Positions 16,089 to 21,711 of a DNA stretch of 21,711 bases are shown one piece after another. Within the stretch, counting starts at the first letter, position 1. Each line of letters begins with the position of its first letter. A program made the position numbers and the translations under genes. Origin of the DNA: an uncultured virus (IMG/VR IMGVR_UViG_3300008107_000170) (taxonomy: Duplodnaviria > Heunggongvirae > Uroviricota > Caudoviricetes); IMG/VR virus record IMGVR_UViG_3300008107_000170. One strand, 5' to 3'. The notes below the pieces were generated by a model. That model was not told the origin of the DNA and did not search any database. It saw nothing but the letters and a program-made list of their open reading frames with translations.

Positions 16089-18137
16089 TTACCTCGTTCC
16101 TTTGATGTTGTGGCGCACTACACCCTTAGCAACTTTAACAAGGTCGTTAGGGTTGCCGATAAATTGTAGGTCGTTAGCGCCGTGTTGTAGTTGTGCGATT
16201 TGAGCAGGGTCGTCTTTGATTTTGTCTATCCAATCGCCGTTCGCTAAAAATACGATAGAGGTAAATACTCCATTGTCACGAAGGGCTTTAATAGATTTAT
16301 CTGCGTTGCTATTAAATGCGCCGTCAGTCAGGACAAAGACCAACTTTGTCTTGGCAGTTGATAAGCCCATTATGCGCTCGGTTTCTTTAAGGGCGTAGGT
16401 CGGGTCAGTTCCACCACTACTTTCGACCATTAGCACCTCGGTTGCTTTTGCTTTGGTATCGCCGTCTATGAGGGTGCGTGATGTATCGCTGAATGTCATA
16501 ACCGACACTCTGCCGTTGATTTTCTCAACAGCCCTCTTGATTGCCCAAGCGCTACGGCAGACTGCGCCCATTTCAGACCACATAGAGCCTGACCTGTCCA
16601 TAAGGATACAAGCCTCTATGTTGTAGTCGTCATTACCCAATTCCCAACGATTAAATAATTTGTTGATGTCGTTGATGTCGGCGTTCATAGCCTTAGCAAC
16701 ATTGAGTTTGCCTGTCGGCTTGTCCTGTATCCATAGAGGGTCGCAGTCAATTCGTAGGCGTTCCAACTCTTGTGCGAATAGGCGACTTGCTGTGACCTCA
16801 CGCTGTTCAGGCGTAGCCCTCGTAAATCGAGATTGTCCTAAAATAGACTTGGTTGAGTTATCCCTAGCGATTGCGCCAACTGTGTCACGGACTTTCTGTT
16901 GGAGTTGCTTATCAGCCTTAGCCCTCTCGGCGACCTCTTGGGCTTTCTTGATAAGCGCCTCGCTGTGTTCGTTAAAGTGAGCGTGGTCTTTGTCAATCTC
17001 GCCTGTGTTCGTGCCGACCTGTGTGCCAGCCTCGGGGAATAGACCCTTTTCATTTTCCTCGGGGTCTTGTGAGTTGATTTCGTCTTGGGCTTTCTCGCTC
17101 TGGGGCTTGCCGTTCCTCATCATTGGGCGTTCGTGACAGCCGTGAGGGTCAGGCTTTCCTGCGCCCTCTGGTAATAGGGCTACTAAGAGTGTGATTAGTT
17201 GCTCTGCCCGAGTGTAATCCCGAGGGAAAACAAGTTTGCGATACTCTGCGGTCAGTTCGTAGATTGCCCTCGCCCTGTCCTCGCCGTGTTTCTGTGCGTA
17301 TAGCAGGGCTGATAAGGCTCGTAGTTCTCGGTCAAGATACATACGACCAGCAAGCAAAACAAAACTATCAGCGAGGGTGTCGGCGTGGTCGGCTATGTAA
17401 TCGCTGACTGTGGCGATTAGAAACGGCTTGACACTTGGATACTTGATTGTCAGCAGTCGCTCGGCTCGGCTGTCCTCTAAGATGTTAAAGGCAAGCAGTC
17501 GGCGTTCCTCAACTAGCGCCTCAACCTTAAACTCGTAGTCGTAGTCCTCTACCTGCTGTGTATCGTGATTAAACCTGCGACCTGTGTGCTTTTCAGTCTT
17601 GGTAGCCTTTTCCATTACCCACTTGCCAAGCGCTGTGCCGATACGAGGGGTGTAGAGCAGGTGCGCTAGTTCGTGATAGTTAAGTCCGTGTAGCGACCTG
17701 ACTGTATCATCATCAAGCGCCTTAATCTGCGTGGCGTTAAAGGTGACATTCTTGCCGTCATTGTGAGCAGGTGCGCTTGCCACATCATCATTTAAAAATA
17801 CCTGAATAGGCAAGTTAGTTAAAATGCGGTCTGCTTTCTGGTAAATAGAGCAAGCGCTATCAAGGCTGTTATTCCTGATGATTAGGTGCTGTCCGTCTTG
17901 CGACTGCCGAGCGTATTCCTCTCGGTTAAACTGCTCTTTGAGTTCGTAGTAGCGCATTGAGCGCTCTTGGTAAATCTCGGCGACCTCTCGCCCTGTTTCC
18001 TTTGCGACTTTCTGAATGGTTTCGGTGTCGAACCCTATGTCTGCCATTAGGTCAGCGTTCTCGTTCTGCCACTCATACCACCTGTGCCACGCTAGGTTGT
18101 GGTTATACTCACCTGTATTGCGAATGTGTTTAGCCAT
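16089..18137 (-). CDS. vWA-domain protein with N-terminal HExxH metallopeptidase-like domain (CobT-like MoxR partner)
   Basis: HELAH, FNILEDSRAE, MIDAS DRSGS...GGT...LTDG. Start moved to ATG 18137 (SD GAGG) to remove the overlap with the AAA gene. Confidence 0.88.
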   Translation of the reverse strand: MAKHIRNTGEYNHNLAWHRWYEWQNENADLMADIGFDTETIQKVAKETGREVAEIYQERSMRYYELKEQFNREEYARQSQDGQHLIIRNNSLDSACSIYQKADRILTNLPIQVFLNDDVASAPAHNDGKNVTFNATQIKALDDDTVRSLHGLNYHELAHLLYTPRIGTALGKWVMEKATKTEKHTGRRFNHDTQQVEDYDYEFKVEALVEERRLLAFNILEDSRAERLLTIKYPSVKPFLIATVSDYIADHADTLADSFVLLAGRMYLDRELRALSALLYAQKHGEDRARAIYELTAEYRKLVFPRDYTRAEQLITLLVALLPEGAGKPDPHGCHERPMMRNGKPQSEKAQDEINSQDPEENEKGLFPEAGTQVGTNTGEIDKDHAHFNEHSEALIKKAQEVAERAKADKQLQQKVRDTVGAIARDNSTKSILGQSRFTRATPEQREVTASRLFAQELERLRIDCDPLWIQDKPTGKLNVAKAMNADINDINKLFNRWELGNDDYNIEACILMDRSGSMWSEMGAVCRSAWAIKRAVEKINGRVSVMTFSDTSRTLIDGDTKAKATEVLMVESSGGTDPTYALKETERIMGLSTAKTKLVFVLTDGAFNSNADKSIKALRDNGVFTSIVFLANGDWIDKIKDDPAQIAQLQHGANDLQFIGNPNDLVKVAKGVVRHNIKGTR

Positions 18138-18141
18138 TTTA

Positions 18142-19533
18142 TTAAACCTCGTCACTCTGAATAGGTGCGGTTGCGATTTCGATACCAAAGTCGGTAGCGA
18201 TACCAGACTTGGCGGTGTCAAAGACCAACTTGACTGCCTCTCGTTCATCATCAGCAAAGCCGTTGATGTAAGAGTTAATAGCGTAGTTAAGCCCGACATT
18301 CTCAACATTCTTGGTAAATGCCATTAGACCTCGGGTAGAGATAGGGGTGTCAATCTCGCCCTTGTGCGCTTGGTCACGGAGTTTCTGCGCTACATCAAGC
18401 AGAGAGGCGTTCTTAATAAGTTTCTTTTCGATTGACTTGTCGTAGTCAAACTCCAACTTGTGAGCAAAGCGGTCTTTCCACGCTTGGTTCATTGGGCGAC
18501 TGCCTCGGTAGTTCGGGTTGTGGTCGCCGATTACAACTAGGTCAGGGTGCGCCTTGATTACCTCGCCACCATTTTCGAGCAGTTGGATTTCTCGCCTGTC
18601 GTCAAGCAAGCCAAATAGGACTGTGGTAATTCGCTCTGGCATAAAGTCAATTTCGTTGAGCAACAGCACTCCGCCGTGTCTTACCAAGTCAGTCACAGCG
18701 CCGTCTTGCCACTTAAAGACACCTGCGGTTTCGGTAGGTGTCCAAGCGCCGAATAGGTGACTTGGTTCTAAGCCGACATTGGCGCTGATGTTGTAGTAGC
18801 GGTATCCCCGAGCGCTTGCCCAAGCAAGCACACACATTGTCTTACCCGAGCCAGCGTGACCTCGGATTAGGACATTCTGCTTATTAGTCTTGGCAACATC
18901 AAGCAAGTCAAAGTCAGTAATCTTGCCGTCAATCTTGCGGTTGATGTAATCGTCAGCCCACTTTCGGTCTGGGATACGAGCAAGTTCGACCTGTGCGCTC
19001 TGTGCGGTTGGGGCAGGAATTGGCGCTTTGGCAGTTGGGGCAGGTGCTACCTCAACAGGCTTGCTAACCTCTGGGGCTAGGACAGGGTAAAAAGCGGTTT
19101 CCAATTCAGGACTGCCGATAGGGGCAAAGGTAATAGGATTGCGTAGTCTGCCGTCACTAATGTAGGCGTTCAGTTCAGGGTCGCCAGCCATTAGTTGCTC
19201 AACGACCTCGCCGACCATTTCAGCGTGAGCGATAGGAAACTGCTCATTGACAGGCTTGCTAACTACGGCAAGCAACTTGACGGCTAGGGCTGTGACATTC
19301 CCAATCTCTGCGCTTGCTACATCTCGGGCGCTGATTAGGACTGCCTTTGGTTCGTGAGTGATAAAGGTCATAGGTAGTTCATCAGTCGTCTTGACTGACT
19401 GCCAGCGCTGACCACGACCTCGCTGACCATTCGATAGGCGGTGAAACATAAGGACTTCGGTGTTTGTTGGAACGACCAGAGTTTGCTCTTTGCCATTCTC
19501 AACCTCGCTCTCAATCATTAGTGCTATGGACAT
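18142..19533 (-). CDS. MoxR-type AAA+ ATPase (CbbQ/NorQ/CobS-like)
   Basis: Walker A GHAGSGKT, FKWQDG, Walker B LLLNEID, NPNYRG, MNQAWKDRF, STRGL; extra N-terminal domain and Pro/Ala linker. Confidence 0.92.
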   Translation of the reverse strand: MSIALMIESEVENGKEQTLVVPTNTEVLMFHRLSNGQRGRGQRWQSVKTTDELPMTFITHEPKAVLISARDVASAEIGNVTALAVKLLAVVSKPVNEQFPIAHAEMVGEVVEQLMAGDPELNAYISDGRLRNPITFAPIGSPELETAFYPVLAPEVSKPVEVAPAPTAKAPIPAPTAQSAQVELARIPDRKWADDYINRKIDGKITDFDLLDVAKTNKQNVLIRGHAGSGKTMCVLAWASARGYRYYNISANVGLEPSHLFGAWTPTETAGVFKWQDGAVTDLVRHGGVLLLNEIDFMPERITTVLFGLLDDRREIQLLENGGEVIKAHPDLVVIGDHNPNYRGSRPMNQAWKDRFAHKLEFDYDKSIEKKLIKNASLLDVAQKLRDQAHKGEIDTPISTRGLMAFTKNVENVGLNYAINSYINGFADDEREAVKLVFDTAKSGIATDFGIEIATAPIQSDEV

Positions 19534-19584
19534 CTGCGGTAATCTCGCTTTCTTGTAGATAAATGGGGCGGTTGCCTCGGGTCA

Positions 19585-19607
19585 ATTCTAAGCACATCAC
19601 CCGACAA
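19585..19607 (-). promoter_or_regulatory. PafBC-dependent (RecA-NDp) type promoter
   Basis: Minus strand tTGTCGG-GTGATGTGCT(10 nt)-TAGAAT is an exact fit to TGTCGG-N10-TA-N3-T; about 50 nt upstream of the AAA start. Confidence 0.75.
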
Positions 19608-19618
19608 CTAAATAGGGG

Positions 19619-19648
19619 TTTACCCATTTGTTCACCTAAAATTAACCT
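19619..19648. promoter_or_regulatory. PHO-box-like 11-nt direct repeats (PhoP/RegX3 type)
   Basis: TTTACCC (19619), GTTCACC (19630), ATTAACC (19641), with 11-nt period. Confidence 0.45.
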
Positions 19649-19952
19649 AAGCCAAGCCACCTGCGAACGCTTGCGGAAAGAGTAAAAATGGGGCGCTTGG
19701 TCAATTCGACCACTAGCAACTAATAGAGATAGATAAACATAGAGAGTTCGTATTGGTTGTAGCAGAACAGGCTTGCCAATCTCTTAGTTGCTAATAAGCC
19801 TGCGAACCTAGCCCACATCTGGGCTTATCCCTGCGTGCTTGTCAGGCTTATTAGGCAGTAGCCTAAGTGGCTCTGGCTAATAGGCTTATTAGGCTCTTTC
19901 CGCGCTCGCGGTGGAGTAGTCTACTCTCTCTATGGCGGAAAGGGCAATAGCC

Positions 19953-19968
19953 GTTACCAAATCGTTAC
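19953..19968. promoter_or_regulatory. MtrA/GlnR-type box
   Basis: GTTAC-CAAATC-GTTAC (reverse strand GTAACGATTTGGTAAC). Confidence 0.55.
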
Positions 19969-19990
19969 AATGGCCGACTGGCCGGCGCGT

Positions 19991-20019
19991 AGCCTACCCT
20001 CTCTCTCTCCGGCTGTCAA
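19991..20019 (-). promoter_or_regulatory. Consensus sigma-A/HrdB promoter
   Basis: TTGACA-17 nt-TAGGCT on the minus strand; GACACGCC motif 3-4 nt upstream (20023-20031). Confidence 0.75.
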
Positions 20020-20036
20020 GGCCGACACGCCAGAGC

Positions 20037-20052
20037 GTTACCAAATTGTTAG
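20037..20052. promoter_or_regulatory. Second MtrA/GlnR-type box
   Basis: GTTAC-CAAATT-GTTAG, near-identical to 19953-19968. Confidence 0.55.
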
Positions 20053-20121
20053 GTTGGAAGCCTTTATGCCTATGCGTGCGAAGCGAGCAGAAACGGCTCT
20101 TAGGCATAAAGGCTTCCAACC
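20052..20121. repeat. Perfect 21-bp inverted repeat with 28-nt spacer
   Basis: GGTTGGAAGCCTTTATGCCTA (20052-20072) / TAGGCATAAAGGCTTCCAACC (20101-20121). Confidence 0.95.
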
Positions 20122-20153
20122 CAGCAAGTTTGATAAACTCGGGCGAAATTGGC

Positions 20154-20189
20154 GAACCCCAGAGCCGAAGGGGGGTGGCTCTGGGGTTC
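20154..20189. repeat. 13-bp inverted repeat (hairpin)
   Basis: GAACCCCAGAGCC / GGCTCTGGGGTTC with a 10-nt loop. Confidence 0.9.
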
Positions 20190-20230
20190 TAGGCAGGCGA
20201 CAGAAAGGAGTCAAGAGCACCTGCCGTTGG

Positions 20231-20268
20231 TGGTGTAGAGGAGAAAGTAGGGGAAAACCTCTACACCA
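20231..20268. repeat. 11-bp inverted repeat (hairpin)
   Basis: TGGTGTAGAGG / CCTCTACACCA with a 16-nt loop. Confidence 0.85.
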
Positions 20269-20274
20269 AGTCTA

Positions 20275-20400
20275 TTATCTCCTCTTTCTATCTCTATGGA
20301 TAGAGAGGCGTGTATGTAAGGTCATCAAGCCCCTAATAAGCCTGCCAACTGTGGCTATTAGGACTTCTAGGGGGGTCATTGGTCGTCTGTGCTTAGCCAT
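20275..20400 (-). CDS. Possible small basic protein (41 aa; not in ORF track)
   Basis: MAKHRRPMTPLEVLIATVGRLIRGLMTLHTRLSIHRDRKRR; SD AAGGAG; overlaps the upstream stop. Confidence 0.45.
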   Translation of the reverse strand: MAKHRRPMTPLEVLIATVGRLIRGLMTLHTRLSIHRDRKRR

Positions 20401-20566
20401 TTTCGTTATTCTCCTTGCTGTATACGACAAACTCGTCATCACTTGCTAGAAAGTCTAACTCAATTTCGTCATTGTGTAAAGCCTCCCAGACAGCCTCCTC
20501 GCTCTCAGCCTCAATTTCGGCTTGGTATTCCTCGGTGCGTGTCTGGCTTATTACGAACTTAGGCAT
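20393..20566 (-). CDS. Small acidic protein (57 aa, DpnD/PcfM-like; not in ORF track)
   Basis: MPKFVISQTRTEEYQAEIEAESEEAVWEAL...; TAATG-coupled. Confidence 0.8.
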   Translation of the reverse strand: MPKFVISQTRTEEYQAEIEAESEEAVWEALHNDEIELDFLASDDEFVVYSKENNENG

Positions 20567-20627
20567 TACTCAATTTCGGCTTGGTATTCCTCGGTGCGTG
20601 TCTGGCTTATTACGAACTTAGGCATTA
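20510..20627. repeat. Exact 59-bp tandem duplication
   Basis: 20510-20568 is identical to 20569-20627. Confidence 0.95.
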
Positions 20628-20795
20628 TTCCTCTACCTCCCAGTTATCGGTGAACTCTGTGCTGTCTGGTATCTGCCACCAGTCCAATTTTGAGTCGCCT
20701 GTGCTTGCTATGGCAATAGCCTCCTCTGGCGTGTTTGCCTCTACTGTGGTTTCATACCAGATTTCCGCCATTTGGCGCACGGTGTATGTAGCCAT
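20625..20795 (-). CDS. Small acidic protein (56 aa, DpnD/PcfM-like; not in ORF track)
   Basis: MATYTVRQMAEIWYETTVEANTPEEAIAIA...; SD GGAGG; TAATG-coupled at both ends. Confidence 0.8.
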   Translation of the reverse strand: MATYTVRQMAEIWYETTVEANTPEEAIAIASTGDSKLDWWQIPDSTEFTDNWEVEE

Positions 20796-21025
20796 TAGTC
20801 CTCCACCTCAAAGTCAAGGGCGTATTCCGCCTCTTCTAGGGCGCTTAGGAAGAACTGGGTGCTTTCGCTACCAAAGTCGGGGCTGTCCATAACAGCCTCA
20901 GCAAGGCTCTCAAACACATCGGCTGGGTATGAGGTGTGTTCCTGAACGAGGTATTGGAACACAATAGGCTCGTTAGGGTCGTGCTCGTCTTGTAGTTGCT
21001 GGATAAGTTGCTTTACTGTGGTCAT
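20795..21025 (-). CDS. Small acidic hypothetical protein
   Basis: MTTVKQLIQQL...DPNEPI; SD GAGGAGG. Confidence 0.8.
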   Translation of the reverse strand: MTTVKQLIQQLQDEHDPNEPIVFQYLVQEHTSYPADVFESLAEAVMDSPDFGSESTQFFLSALEEAEYALDFEVED

Positions 21026-21038
21026 TTTAGACCCTCCT

Positions 21039-21254
21039 CTATGTCTTTGATAAGGCTTCTAACTTCTTTGTTGATTTCGGTGTGGAACTGAACCTCAACG
21101 CCCCCATAAAAGAGGACATTACAGGTGGGTGCTTACAAGGCTTATCCTCCTCTGGGTCGCAATCCTCACAAAACACCAGCCCCTGCCACAAGAACCCTCC
21201 CTCGTCAAGGTCGAACTCTTGCTTACAGTCGGCGCAAATAGGCTTATTTGCCAT
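21039..21254 (-). CDS. Small zinc-finger protein
   Basis: CADC...FCEDC; ATG 21254 is TAATG-coupled; SD GAGGAG. Confidence 0.7.
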   Translation of the reverse strand: MANKPICADCKQEFDLDEGGFLWQGLVFCEDCDPEEDKPCKHPPVMSSFMGALRFSSTPKSTKKLEALSKT

Positions 21255-21658
21255 TATGACCACTCCTCGTCATCATCATCAGGCTCGTCATCAAGGTCAT
21301 TACAGACACCAGCACAGCGCTTTTCACCGCAGTCCTCGCACTCCTCCTCGTAGCCCTGCTCAATAAGGCTAGTAAAGCCCTCGTTTGGGTCTTTACCCTC
21401 CTCAACAGTTTCTACGGCAGACACAAAGCGGAGCATACAAGACTGGTCATACCACTTCTTGATTGTGTCCAACATCTGCCCAGAGGTCATCTGGTCTTTG
21501 GTAATAAGGCTATCTGGGTCATTTTCATCACCATAGCCGTAGCCACGCATAGCCTCTACCTGTGCGCTGTCCATCAGCACATAGATTTTGTGGCAGGTAT
21601 CCCAAGCGATAGCCTTAGCGTCTGCTAGATAGAACTCTACATCTGTAAAATCAGGCAT
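21254..21658 (-). CDS. Acidic hypothetical protein with C-terminal Cys cluster
   Basis: SD AGAAAGGA; CEDC-x4-C-x3-C and a D/E-rich tail. Confidence 0.85.
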   Translation of the reverse strand: MPDFTDVEFYLADAKAIAWDTCHKIYVLMDSAQVEAMRGYGYGDENDPDSLITKDQMTSGQMLDTIKKWYDQSCMLRFVSAVETVEEGKDPNEGFTSLIEQGYEEECEDCGEKRCAGVCNDLDDEPDDDDEEWS

Positions 21659-21711
21659 TTAGTTTTCCTTTCTGTTGCCTTATAGATACGACCTTACACC
21701 GCCTCTCTCTC

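Larger units (their letters stand above)
1..21711. other. Segment of a large dsDNA actinobacteriophage genome
   Basis: Dense, overlapping (TAATG/ATGA-coupled) genes. RecA, two resolvases, a Cas4-like exonuclease and WhiB cluster together among many small hypothetical genes. No host housekeeping operon structure is visible. Confidence 0.9.

Noticed and set aside
18138..18308. N-terminal extension of the vWA ORF in the track
   Set aside because: It overlaps the AAA gene in another frame; ATG 18137 has a good SD right after the AAA stop.
19625..19750. LexA SOS box
   Set aside because: Only isolated GTTC/GAAC half-sites; no CGAAC-N4-GTTCG.
14916..20274. tRNA genes in the non-coding islands
   Set aside because: I found no cloverleaf with matching acceptor stem and T-loop by eye; tRNAscan-SE or ARAGORN would be decisive.
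20510..20627. CRISPR array
   Set aside because: These are two abutting 59-bp copies with no spacer, and the unit is coding sequence.
19932..20892. Plus-strand ORFs 19932-20192, 19970-20449, 20415-20621 and 20581-20892
   Set aside because: They run across hairpins, promoters or well-supported minus-strand genes, and the translations are not protein-like.

Overview
This is a segment of a large tailed-phage genome that almost certainly infects Actinobacteria, as shown by a WhiB gene, an MSMEG_6728-type glycosylase and actinobacterial promoter/operator motifs. The + strand block (1-14414) holds a recombination module (RecA, Hjc-like resolvase, WhiB, Cas4-like exonuclease, possible UvsY-like mediator, RuvC). 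It also holds DUF1599/Nmad1, SpoVS, a metallophosphoesterase broken by an assembly gap, a run of small low-complexity genes, and a nucleotidyltransferase / HAD-like / degenerate TGT-like trio. The convergent - strand block (14493-21658) looks like an early region, with a pyrimidine-dimer glycosylase (apparent ATT start), a MoxR AAA+ / vWA-metallopeptidase pair and many small acidic paralogues. By eye this block is almost free of many palindromic 4-mers. The most striking signal lies in two non-coding islands (about 14916-15400 and 19534-20274). They contain close matches to host regulator sites (tandem NrdR boxes, an orphan CIRCE/HrcA operator, a PafBC/RecA-NDp promoter, a PHO-box-like repeat, two MtrA/GlnR-type boxes and WhiA-type GACAC motifs), mixed with phage-specific repeats and long hairpins. 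This suggests a cis-acting 'host-regulator docking/decoy' region. All calls come from reading motifs by eye; no database searches were run.
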